Source: Neocallimastix sp. 'constans' (Eukaryota). Taken from it: a stretch of 64,000 nucleotides of DNA. Shown here one piece after another: positions 1 to 13,700 of the stretch (position 1 is its first letter; each line of letters opens with the position of its first letter). The stretch is taken from positions 1 through 64,000 of the forward strand of contig JBODTK010000013.1 of the NCBI GenBank assembly GCA_050613775.1, given 5' to 3'. The notes beneath the pieces are model-generated. The model ran no database searches and was not told where the DNA came from. It worked only from the letters and a program-made list of their open reading frames with translations. The position numbers were made by a program, and so were the translations under genes.

Positions 1-1260
1 TTATTTCCTTTGGTTTATTTTTTATTTTTTATTTTATTATAAAAGTTAAATTATACAAATTAAAATTATAAAACTTTTATTTTAAATTCTTCTATTTAAT
101 ATTCGTTTGTTTTATTTATATTACGAAGTTTACTTTTTTTCTATTTCTTTTAGTTTATTTTCAAATTTTAAATTCCATTTTAATATTTTATTTATTTTTT
201 TCCTTTAGATATTCATTTTTTTAAAAAATATTTTTTATTTCTATTTTTATATTCAAAAAAAAATTTTTTTTATTTAAATTATAATAAAACTTTTGCAATA
301 CATTAAAAATAAAATATAAAGAATTTTAAATTGTTTATTTTAATTTTTTTTATATTTAATTAAATCAATAAATCATGAAAAAGAATAGGTATCATCCATT
401 TTATGGTTATTAATTTACATTAAAAGTAGTTATTGCTCAAATTTTTTTTTTACTAATTAAGCCTTTGAAAAATCAATGGATTTTTCAGTTTAAATGGTAT
501 AACTCTTAAAATATAGTTAAATTTATAATAGACGGATTAATGTCAACTAAAAATTTAAATTTCATATTTTTTTTAAAAAAATAATAAAATATGTATATAA
601 ATTTTTTATATTTAATTATTTTTTTTAAAACAAATATGTCAGTAATAATAATAAATAAAATTATTACAATGGAAAATTTTTAAATTTTATTAATTTTTAT
701 ATTAAAGTTTAATAGATATAAAATAAAAATAAATATAAAAATAAAAATATGAATTAAACTTTTATAGTGATTTCATGGAAGTATCTTTAATTTACCTTCA
801 AAAACTTTATTATATATTATAAGAGACAAGATAAAGTTCAATTTAAAATAAAAATATTTTAAAAGTTTAATAAATAATAAATAATAAAAATTAAAAAAAA
901 AATATTTTATAAATATATATATATAAAATATAAAATATATATAAAAACATTCATTAATAAATAGAAGATTTAAGAAAAATAATAACAATTCAATAACTGT
1001 AAAAAAATTTACAATAATATACCAGTTATTTATATTACATAAAATGAAATATATAAGAAAATTAAAAAAAAAAATATAAACAACTATTAAGTAAAATTTT
1101 AAAATTTATTTTTAATGTGGAAGTTTTCTTTAAAAAATTATCTTTTAATATTGACAATTAGCTTTATTTTTCTTTTACCAATTGAATATAATAGAATATT
1201 ACATAAGTTATTTGAATTCTTTCAACAACAAAAACTTTAATTTACATCATAATCATTTAT

Positions 1261-1433
1261 TTTTTTTTTTTTTTTAGTAGATGAACACATGAAATCATGT
1301 ACACTATTCTCTCAATTAGTTCGGTATCTTATTCTAATAATAATAAAAGGGGGGACATACAAACCTGTAACCCTTTCTATTTTCAATAGATTATCATTGG
1401 TTCGAACCCATGATAATCTATTGAAAATAGAAA
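1261..1433 (-). mobile_element. Probable truncated SINE-like retroposon remnant with fold-back 5' end
   Basis: On the minus strand: B-box-like GGGTTCGAACC, a GC-richer body, a terminal hairpin (ACATGATTTCATGT) and an A-tail (T-run at ~1260-1275). A 60-bp palindrome covers 1374-1433. Confidence 0.4.
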
Positions 1434-1439
1434 AATTAA

Positions 1440-3560
1440 ATAATAAAAATTAATTATTAATATTATTGTAATAAATAAATAATATATAATAAATAATAAG
1501 TAATTAAAAAAGACATAAATAATATTTAATATTATTATTAATAAATAATAATAAATAATAATTAATTATTAATAAAAAAGACATAATAAATAATATTTTA
1601 TATTACTATTATTAAATAATAATGAATAATAAATAATAAATAATTAAAAAAGACATAATATTTAATATTACTACTAAATATTAATAAAAAATAAATAATA
1701 ATTAATAAAAAAGACAAATAAATAATATATAATAAAAAAGACATAATAAATAATAATTAATTAAAAATAACATAAATAATATTTAATATTATTATTATTA
1801 AATATTAATAAATAATAATTAATAATTAATAAAAAAGACATAATAAATAATATATAATAAAAAAGACATAAATAATATTTAATATTATTGTTAATAAATA
1901 ATAATTTATAATAATAATAATTAATAAAAAAGACATAATAAATAATATATAATAAAAAAGACATAATAAATAATATTTAATATTATTATTATTAAATATT
2001 AATAAATAATTAATAATAAATAATAATTTATAAATAATAATTAATAATTAATAAAAAAGACATAATAAATAATAAATTAAAAGTAATTAAAAAAGACATA
2101 AATAGTATTTAATATTATTATTAAATTATTATCAAATAAATAATAAATAATAAATAATATTTGAAATATAAATAAAAGTTAGGTATTTATATGATATTAA
2201 GGATACATTTTTAATATATATATATTATCAAGTATTTGACCAATAATATATATTTATGTAATCTTAATCAAACAACTATAAAAGAAAAGTTTCTTCAAAA
2301 AACTCTAACTCAATATCAGAACTTAGATTCTTATTTATAAAATAAAACATAAAATAAATAATAAATAATAAATAATAAATAATAAATAATAAATAATAAA
2401 TAATAAATAATAAATAATAAATAATAAATAATAAATAATAAATAATAAATAATAAATAAATAAATAATAAATAATTGAATAATAAAAAATAAAAAATAAT
2501 AAATAATAAATAATAAATAATAAATAATAAATAATAAATAATAAATAATAAATAATTAATTGAATAATAAATAATTGAATAATAAACAATAATAAATAAT
2601 AAATAATAAATAATAAATAATAAATAATAAATAATAAATAATAAATAATAAATAATAAATAATAAATAATAAATAATAAATAATAAATAATAAATAATAA
2701 ATAATAAATAATAAATAATAAATAATAAATAATAAATAATAATTAATAATTAATAATTAATAAAAAAGACATAATAAATAATAATTAATTAAAAAAGACA
2801 TAAATAATATTTAATATAATTATTATTAAATATTAATAAATAATAATTAATAATTAATAAAAAAGACATAATAAATAATATATAAAATATATAATAAAAA
2901 AGACATAATAAATAATATATAATAAAAAAGACATAATAAATAATATGTAATAAAAAGACATAATAAATAATATGTAATAAAAAAGACATAATAAATAATA
3001 TTTAATATTATTATTATTATTAAATATTAATAAAAAAGACATAATAAATAATATATAATAAAAAAGACATAATAAATAATATTTAATATTATTATTATTA
3101 AATATTAATATATAATTAATAATAAATAATAATTTATAAATAATAATTAATAATAATTTATAAATAATAATTAATAATTAATAATTAATAAAAAAGACAT
3201 AATAAATAATAAATTAAAAGTAATTAAAAAAGACATAAATAGTATTTAATATTATTATTAAATAAATAATAAATAATAAATAATATTTGAAAAATAAATA
3301 TTAAAGCTAGGTAGTTATGTGATATTAAGGAGTTTTGTAATATATTTTTAATATATATATTATCAAGTATATGACTTATGACCAATAATATATATTTGTG
3401 TAATCTTAATAAAACAACTATAAATGTTTTAAAAGATATTTTCATTAACCGTAACTCCTTATCAATACAAGAAACAAGTTTATTATTTATAAAAAATAAT
3501 AAATAATAAATAATAAATAATAAATAATAAATAATAATAAATTATTAATAGATAAATGAA
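1440..3560. repeat. AT-rich satellite: (AAATAAT)n array and AAAAAAGACAT(AAT)AAATAAT-based units, with an internal duplicated block
   Basis: Near-pure heptamer array at ~2350-2740, more than 20 copies of AAAAAGACATA, and block ~1940-2340 repeated at ~3060-3490. Confidence 0.9.
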
Positions 3561-4244
3561 CGAATATTATTATATTTTGTTCTATTTTATTATTAGACTT
3601 GATAGTTATTTCGTATAACTTTATAAATAAAAAAAATATTATTTAATTAAATAGAAAAAAAAATAAATAATCTCGTATAACTTTATAAATAAAAAAAATA
3701 TTATTTAATTAAATAGAAAAAAAAATAAATAATAAGTAATAATAGATAAATAATAAATAATAAAAGTTAAATAATGAGGATATAAAATTATTTTTTTTTT
3801 TTAGTAATACTGAATAATATCCATAAATATTAAATAATAAAAATTAAATGTTAAAAAGTTATAGATGAATATAAACTATTAGAATTATTTTAATAAAAAG
3901 TAAATAAATTATAAATAGTAAATAAATATTAAATAGTGAATTTTGATAAATGTTATTTCATAAAAAAAAAATTATTATCTATTTTAATAATGATTAAAAT
4001 GAAAACTGAAAGTGAAGTAAGAAAGCAAAAATTTAAAAAGTTTACATTTTTTAATGAATTTTCATTTATTATTTCATGATGTAAGATCTGACAAAGGCTC
4101 TAACCCAAAGTCTTATGAAAACATTAAAAAATTCTATTTCATAAAACGGAACGTTGATTTTTCTTTTTTTGTAATTTAATTTAAATTCACCAAATTTTTA
4201 ATCTTTTTAAATTTAAGAAAAAAAAAATGAAATTGGACGGAGTT

Positions 4245-4380
4245 TCTACTTATTATTCCTAATCTTTTCATACCAGTTAGGAGGGGGGGAATAGGAATTG
4301 AAATGGAAAAATTTTTCCGAAGTATAAATGTTCACAGTATGATGCTATCGCACCTAACACATAAGGAAAAAAGAAGGAGA
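4245..4380 (+). promoter_or_regulatory. Candidate promoter island of the scaffoldin-like gene
   Basis: Locally GC-enriched non-repetitive island (GGAGGGGGGA, TATAAA at ~4324) about 350 bp upstream of the proposed ATG. Inferred from position only. Confidence 0.3.
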
Positions 4381-4689
4381 TTTTTATTTTTTTTTTGGGT
4401 TTTTTTTTTTATGTTTTTAATTATATACAAAGTAAAAACTTTATTTTTATTTTATGTATAATTAAATATTAAATCTATTATTAAGTTAATCATTATTATT
4501 ATTATTATATTTTTTGATATAAACAAAATATTCAAAAACGAATTAAACCTAAAAAAATAAAGTAAAGAAAAAAAAGTTATAAACTTTTATAATTATATTT
4601 ATTTCAAAAAAAAAATAAATAAAAAAAAATTACAATCTATTAATAAACTTGAAAGCATTTCCAACCTATAAACGTTAAGCATTAATAAA

Positions 4690-4712
4690 ATGTTGGGTTG
4701 GAAATATTTCTG
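4690..4712 (+). CDS. Putative exon 1 of scaffoldin-like gene (MLGWKYF, phase-2 donor)
   Basis: ATG at 4690, donor GTATGA at 4713. The phase matches exon 2 (tg|t = Cys) and completes a signal peptide. Confidence 0.6.
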
Positions 4713-7700
4713 GTATGAAAAATAATTTAAAAAAAAAAAAAATAGATCATTAAAAATTTAATTATAAGTACTTCTATGAAAAAATAGAAGAAAAAAAAAT
4801 TCTTTTTTATTATTTATTAATTTTTATTTCTGGTATGAAACATAAAATAAAAAAAAATAATAATAATAAAAAAAAAAGATATATTTATTATTATATAATT
4901 TATATTAAATGTATTTTATATAATATTACTTTTTGATAAATTGAAGTTTAATAAAAAAATATTAAAATTTAGTAAAATTAAAAATAGAAATGAATGATGG
5001 TGGATGAATAATAAAATTATGAATAAATAGTAGTTCTATATATAAATGAAAAAACAACACTAATTAATAAAAAATAGTAATATAAAAGCATAAACAAATA
5101 TAGTTTAAATAAATTTAATAAATAATATAAATGAACAAAAATATAATTTTAATAAAATTATTAGATATATAATAATTGAACAAATAAATAGAAATTTAAT
5201 AAATAATATAAATGAACAAAAATATAATTTTAATAAAATTATTAAAATTATTAGATATATAATAAATGAACAAATAAATAGAAATTTAATAAATATGTTA
5301 AAAAATTAAATGAATAAATCAATAAAAGTTTGATAAATTAAAATTATAATTTAAAAAAAATTCTTATAGATATATAAATAATAATAAAAATAATAAATAA
5401 AATTTATAATTAATTTAGATGAATAAATATATTCAATAAAATCAATAAATAATATAAATGAATAAATAATTGTAATGCTGATAAATTTTAAAATTTTCAA
5501 TTTGAAATAGTTATAAATATATAAAAGAATGAATAAATAGAATTTGAATAAATAAATTAAATTAAATAAAAAAAATCAATGGAATATAAATACAATTTGA
5601 GTATAATTTAAATGTACAAATAAATTAGAAATAAATTTATTAATTAATATAAATGGATATAAATGGATAAATAAATAATTATTTAAAGAAATATAATAAA
5701 TAAAAATAAATAAATAAAAATTATTTAAATAAAAGATTAGATATAAAAAAAAATTGAAATATTTATATTAAATAATTATAAAATATAATTATTAATCATT
5801 ATATTTAATTTGTACTATATATATATAAATAGTTTATATTTCATACTATTATTATATCAATTGCAAGATGTTTTAGCTGGTAAATAATTGACTTTTTTCA
5901 AAACAAATATATTATAAAACTTTATTAATATGAGTTTTTTTCAACTAATCTATTTAAAAAAATTATATATATATATAATTCAAATCTTCATTAAAAATGT
6001 ACTATATAATATGTATAAAATTAATATAGAATTAGAACAATGTAGTAATGGTATAGATCTAACTAATTGCACGTCTGAAACCGATGAGTCAAGTGATACT
6101 ATTTATACTCTTACAAATTGTATTTCTGGTGATTTTATATATAGAATAACTGATGAGAACACATGCCATTCAAAATTAACTTCGGGTGTTCATGTATTTG
6201 TCCCAGGCAAATTTGATATAAATGAGGAAGAAGTAATTAAAAATATAGAAATAGATCTAACAAGTGATAATACAATTAATCATGAAGAAGTTTTAAGTGG
6301 TAGTATATATATTTGCTCAACTTTGGGATGTACTAAAACTACTGGTTATATTAAGATTAAAGCAGTTTATATATTAACAACTGAAGAACCAACTGATTGG
6401 AAAAATGAATATAAAAATAAGTATTTTACGGCCGTTGTTGGTGAAAAAAAATTTAAACAAAATGAAACATTTAAGGCTAATACTTGGACGAAAGGGTTTA
6501 TTTATAGAAAAGAGGAAGATGTATTTTACTCTTTAAATAAAGACGGCAGTATTTCCAAAATTGATAAAGATACTAATGAGTTATGTCATAAGAACTCAAT
6601 AGGTAAACTTGATTCAAATGGGAGTGTATGTTTAGGAATGAATCCTTCTGGATCATCGGTAAGTCTTGCATTTGCATCTGGAAATGATGAAGAATATATT
6701 CTAACTAATCCATCATCTGATTCGATATTTTCTATTTCATCAGAAAATGATGGTATTATATTGAAACAAACTCCTAATGTAATATATCATGATATTTCCC
6801 AAAGTGGTAATTTAAATTTTATTATTTTTTTTGAACTAATAATATTAAATTTTTAAAAGGATCTTTTAATAAATATAAAATGTTTTTCATTACCAATATA
6901 TAAATTTATTTATTAGTTTTTTAATTTAAACTTTATTTATATTATACTATATTTTTTTTAGATTTTCTCTTTACTAATAAATTATTTTTTTATTTAAATA
7001 TATATATATAGTTGAAAATACAGTAATAATAGATACAGACACTAAAAAAAAAGCTACTCCATTAACTGATATTAATTTAAATAATTCTGAACTAAGTAAT
7101 TATTATATTTATAAATGTGAAGGTGGCTACTGTAAAAAAGTAACTGGACATAATGTTGTTAATGTCATTACTATGGAAAGAATTGATCTTGCCCTTACCA
7201 CAACAAACTCTATTGATTCAATAATAAAATATTTAGCAATACTGAATTGTGATAGTAATTCTTGTAAAAGAACTTTTGGCTATTTCAAGACAAGTGAAAA
7301 TAATTATTATTCTGTTCCATATACAGGATTTGAAAACAATGATGAATATCAATTAATAAATAATTGTGGTACAAATATCGGTGGACTCATGACTGGAGAG
7401 AAATTTTGTCAAGGACTTAATGAAATTGATCAAGCAATGACAGATGGACAATCATATATCATATCAGCGAATTCTCAAACTATATTTTCTGATGAAATAG
7501 AAGGAAAAAGTTTAGTGATTTCAGCAACGTCCAATACTCTTATCTATAATGGTCTCAGTGCAAATGAGGGAATACAACTATTTGGAAGTGGTGTATTGAT
7601 TTCAACTACGGAAACAATTAATACTAAAGACGAAGAAAAATTAGTACTTTATTACTGTAATACAAATGGTATTTGTCATTCCTTAAAAGGCTATATAAAA

Positions 7701-10700
7701 GATAGTCAAAATAATTATTATAAAGTTGAAGGTAATGAATCAGAAAAAATCGATGTTGACGATAATGATTATGCATATAAGGAATGTACCAAAGATACTG
7801 CGGGTAATTTAATTTCAGACAAGAAGTTATGTCTAGGAAATGAGAGTGTTAATTTTATAAATGAAGATACTAAAATAGAATATTATATTTATAATAAAGG
7901 TGGTCAATATTTATTTGTTAGAGGAGTAAAGAATATGTTTACAATAGAAGAATTTAATGGTTCAGGTAAGCCAGAATAAATAAGTAAATAATATAAGTTA
8001 AAAAAGGAAAATCATAATTTTTAAAATAGAGCAATTAATAAATTCTATTAAAATATGAAAATAAAAATTAGAAAGGAAACGTATTTGTAGTAAAAAAATA
8101 ATTAAAATAAATGAAAGAAAGAATTTTGAATATATAAATAATATTATATTATATATTTTTACAAAAAAATAAAAAGAAAATTAAAATATAAAAAAAAATT
8201 GAAATTAGTTATATATATAAATATAAAGTTATATATAATATAGTGAGTAAAAAAGTCAGAACGAAAGTGAATTTAATAAATTATTAAAATTAGATATAAA
8301 AATTAGAAAAAGAAAGAAAAGAGTTGAATAAAAAAATTATAATATTATATAGAATTAAAATAAGGAAAAAAGTGAAAAAAAGAAAAAATTGATTAAAAAA
8401 AATTAAATAATTTTTATTATATTAAAAATAGTAAATTTGAATATACAAATATATATAATATACTTATAATAATATTATTTTTATTTTTAGAATTTTTTTT
8501 AGTAAAAATTAATAATATTAATTATTCTTTTGTACTTCTTAAATATTATATCTAATTTCAATAGTTCATCTTGAAAAATTTAATGCTATCAATACAGAAG
8601 ATGTAACAAGAATAGCTATAGAAAATAAAAATGCTAATGATTTAGCAAGCATCATTACAAATTTAACACTTTTCAATTGTGATACCGAAAAAGGAATTTG
8701 TAGACAAACCTATGGTTATATTAAATCAACGGATTCCAAGTATTTTTCATTTGATGTAGATGAATCAAATGCTAATACAGAAGTTGTTTTCACTTCATCA
8801 AAATGTAGTGACTCTTCTGATATAGGAACATTGCAATCCAATGGATATTTATGTCTTATTAATGATTCCAGTGATCCTAAAACAGATAGTATGACTAATG
8901 GTAATAAATATGTTATAAGTGTCAGTGCCAATAACATTTTTTCAGCTTCTGCTGGAAATATTGTTATTAGTGCAACCAATTATGCCTTCTACTATGATAA
9001 TCTCTATGATGTAAGCGATGGCAAAAATGTAGTACTCACTGATGCAGATACAAAAATTACAGAAATTACAGAAATTACTGATGTAACCAAATTGAAAGCT
9101 TATCTTTGTAATACTTTTGGTATATGTTCTCAAGTTGATGGTTTTATGGAAAAAAATAACAAATACTATGAGATAGGTAATACTGGTACAAATGAAATTG
9201 ATTCAGAAGATTTGAAAGAATCCTGTTCATCTAATATTAATAGTTTACTTAAAAGTGGAAAGCTTTGTATTACTGAATCTAATAATGATGCCATTAACTT
9301 TATAAATAATGACACTATTAGTTATTATATGACTTATGATGGAACAAATTATAAATTAGTCATTGCTAAAAAGAATTTATTTATAGTAGCCCCCACTAGT
9401 AGTAATATATTTTAATATTTTATTTTTTATTTTAATTAGAGCTTATTAATTATTTTAATTACAATTTTTTTTCTTTGAATTAATATACATTTTATTCATA
9501 AAAATTATAGTTGATAATTTATATATTATTTTTTCTTAATTATTATTAATTACTTGATAATAAATTAAACCAAATCTTAGATATATTATAAATATTTTTA
9601 TATTCTATTTAATCTTTTCTTTTTGTTAATTATAATATATTTTAATAATAATATATAAGGCACCGGTGGATCACTCAATTTAATTAATTTAAATGAAGCT
9701 GAAATAACGGATTTAACATCGGATACAATAACATCAGATGATATTTCTTATTTAGCCCTTTTTAATTGTGATACCAACAATAAAATATGTAAAAGAACAT
9801 ATGGTTATGTTAAAGATAATTCTAATAAATACTATGAAATTCATTCTAGTGGTGTTAATGGTAAAGTTGAAAGTGTAACCTCATGTATAGAAACTGATGT
9901 TGGAAAGTTAGACACATCATCAGGAAATCTTTGTCTTAAAGACTCTAATTCAATTGGAACATTAACAGATTCAGAATCATATGTTATGTCCAATGGTAGT
10001 GGATCTGTATTTTCCCAAGAGCAAGATATAAATATCTATATTTCTTCCACAGCTAATGCTTTTTATCATGATAAATTTGTAGATGGTAGGTTTATATATT
10101 ATTTAATGTCCTTTTTTTTTTTTTAAAAAAAAAAAAAAACTTTTACTCTATATATTTCTTACTTTTTCATTTTTGAAAGTAATTTAATAATAAAATTATA
10201 GTATTAAATTAAAAAAGAATTATGAAAAACAAATTAAAAGAAAGTATTTTAAAAAAAAAGAGTTAGATAAAAAATAAAATTAGAGCCAAAATCAATGTTA
10301 TAAAAAGATTTTATAAAATAAAAGAAGGAAATTAAGAGATTTAATTATAAAAATATTTATAATTAAAGAAATAGTATATAGAATTATTTGAAATATAATA
10401 ATAAAAAAAAATAATAATTAATAATAAAAAAAAATAAAGCTAAAGAAAAAAAAGAACCAATAATGATAATAATAAAAAATAAACTTAAAAAAAAAAAAAA
10501 GAATTAGTAATGATAATAATAAAAAATAAACTTAAAAAAAAAAAAAGAACTAGTAATGATAATAATAAAAAATAAACTCAAAAAAAAAAAAAAAAGAACT
10601 AGTAATGATAATAATAAAAAATAAACTTAAAAAAAAAGAACTAGAAATGATAATAATAAAAAATAAACTTAAAAAAAAAAAGAACTAGTAATGATAATAA

Positions 10701-13700
10701 AAAATAAACTTAAAAAAAAAAAAAAAGAACTAGTAATGATAATAAAAAATAGACTTAAAAAAAAAAGAACTAGTAATGATAATAATAAAAAATAAACTTA
10801 AAAAAAAAAGAACTAGTAATGATAATAATAAAAAATAAACTTAAAAAAAAAAAAGAACTAGTAATGATAATAAAAAATAGACTTAAAAAAAAAGAACTAG
10901 TAATGATAATAAAAAATAGACTTAAAAAAAAAAAAAAAAAAAAAAAAAATTAAAAAAAATTAATATGAAAAAAAAATCATATAAAATAATTAAGTAAATA
11001 GAAACAAATAATAGATAAAAATAGTTAGAAAACAATTTTAAAAAAAAAGAGTAGAACTAAAGAAAAAAGAAGTAGTATAATAAATAAATTAAAAAAAATT
11101 TAAAGGAATTAAAAGATAGAATTAAGGAAAAAAGAACTAAACAAAATAATTAAAAATAAAGAAATAATGGACATAAAAAATTTAAAAATTTAAAAAATTA
11201 TTAAAAAAAATTATGTCCATAATAAAAATGAGAAAAATGATTAATTCCATTTTTATTTTTGAAAAATTTTTAATTAGTTATTTTTAATTAATATTAGATA
11301 TAATAAATAAGAAATTAGTTCCTTTTTTTTTTCTCATCATTTTCTTTATTGTTTAATCTATTATTTTTTAATAGTAATTTGTTTGAATTTTTGTTTAAAT
11401 AAATAATAAAAAAAGTTTTAAAAGAAATTATAATAATATTTTTATTCTAATTTTTTATAATATATATTTTTTCCGAGTAGTTTCAACAGATGGTGGTGTA
11501 AAATTATTCCAATCTAATAAATTAATTAGCCCCAATTCCATTAGTGGTAATGAAGTGTTATCCTTGTACATCTGTAATACAGAAGGTATATGTTTTTCAG
11601 CTGATGGTTATGCAAAAAAAGATAATGATAATTATAATATTGGAATTAATGGCTATGATAAAATGGAAGACAGTCATTTTGTTGATGAATGTTCACAATC
11701 GAGTATTGGTAAATTAAATTCGAATCAAAAATTTTGTACTGGAGGTACAGATAGTGAAAATTACCCAGATGAAGTAAAAAATTACATTATTTATGAAGTT
11801 AACACTAAACCTATATTAGTGAAAACTGCATCAGGACTGATCGCAAAAGTAGAAATAACAGGTAAATAAGATGTAATATTGATAAAATATTTATTTATTT
11901 CAAAATTTATAAATACGAGAAAAAATTAATTTTTTACAATTATTTTTCTTTTTAAGAACTCGTTTTTTTTATCTTTACCTATATTTTTTAATTTTATTTA
12001 AATTTATTTTTACTATATTTTATTTTAGTTATTTCAAATATTTTAAATATTTTAGATATTTTATTTTCAGTAAACTGTTATTTTATATTTTATTTTTTAG
12101 TTTTCTAAAAAATTTCTTTAAAATTATTCAATATCTATTATTGTATTTACAATTACAATCATATTTATTTATTTAATTATATATAATTAATTTATTTTTA
12201 AACGTTATTTAGAGCACCCTTATGATGGTCTCAATATTTATTTGATCGAAAGTACGATATCGAAATTTAAATCTTTTGATAAAGAAATTAAAACAGAAAC
12301 TCTTACAAATCTCTTTTTTTTCAATTGTAATCTCAGTGGGACCATTAAAAAATGTCAACAGACTTATGGTTATTTGAAAGGAGCCGATACCATTTATGAA
12401 ATAAATTTCAATGGATCTAAATCAGCTATTACATCAGAAAACTGTACTTCTGAAACAGTTGGAAGCATTGCTTCTGAAACAGTCAATAATGCTACATCAA
12501 ATAAATTTTGTCTAAATACTGAATCTAAGAATGTTGATTTCACAAATGAAGGTATATATGTTATTGATACCGTTGCTAATAATGTATTTACTGATAGTAC
12601 TAATAATTCGATTATAGCCAATTCCACATCCAATGTTATCTTCTATGATAATTTCTATAGAGGTAATGAAATTTTACTCACTGCTTCCAATATTGTTATT
12701 GAAGTTGGAGGTATAACTACAGAAAATGATACAAAATTAAAAGTTTATAGCTGTGAAATTTCAGGTATTTGTAATCTAGAAGGTGGTTTTGTTACCAATG
12801 GAAGTGGAAACTACTATTCCATAAGTAAAGATAGTCAATCCAATAAAATTGACCAATTAGAAAATTCTTGCAATGGCAATATTGGTGAATTAATCACAGA
12901 AGGAAAGCTATGTATTAATGATAATGACAATGAAGCTGTCGCATTCTTAACTAATACTAATGAAAAAAAAAATTATATTGTTAAAGGAAAAGAAGGGGAA
13001 ATAAGCAGTTTAAAATTTATTACTTCAATACCAAATATGTTTTTGATAAGTAGTATTGAAGGTAATTATTTATTTAAATTTTTAATGTTGACTAATATAA
13101 AAAAATTAATTATACTTTTTTACTTAATATTTGAAATTATTGTTAAATTTTTGTTTTATTAAATTTTTTAATATACAATTTTTTTATAAATAATATAATA
13201 TTTAAATATCCAAGGTCTTACGAAAGGAGTAAATTTAGTGAATAATAGAATTTCAAAGAAAGTGGAACCAACTGATAACAATTTAGATATACCAAATCTT
13301 GGACTATATTATTGTATTGAAATTAATAATAATAGTTCAGATTTATCTTGTAAAAAAACTACTGGCTATATTAAGATTAATAATAATGGTAATCAAAATT
13401 TTTATTCTATTGGATGGAATGGTAATAATGATTTTGTTACTCCAAACAATGTATGTTCACCTGGTTTAGTTGGGCAATTAGGACCTTCAAATAAGCTTTG
13501 TCTTGGTAGTTTTGAAGGGGAATTAAGCCAAACAAATCAATCAATAACTTATATAATAAAACCTCCCATCTCTGGTTCTGTATTTTCAAACTTATCAGAT
13601 GAAAATATTTTAATTTACACTGATACTAATTCTTTTGTTTTTGAAAATATTGTTGATAGTAAGTCCTTTTTATTTTTTATATTATTGTTTTTGTTTTATA

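Noticed and set aside
375..388. Alternative first exon ATGAAAAAGAATAG|GTATCA for the scaffoldin gene
   Set aside because: It is phase-compatible but needs a 5.4-kb intron across satellite DNA. The 4690 exon is closer and gives a better signal peptide. Not formally excluded.
773..3445. Short minus-strand ORFs rich in I/Y/L/F (also 28795-29002, 55056-55310, 62275-62496)
   Set aside because: These are translations of AT-rich satellite or low-complexity DNA with no coding signature.
1440..3560. CRISPR-like repeated AAAAAAGACATAATAAATAAT units
   Set aside because: Spacers are themselves low-complexity repeats of irregular length, there are no cas genes, and the context is eukaryotic. This is simple satellite.
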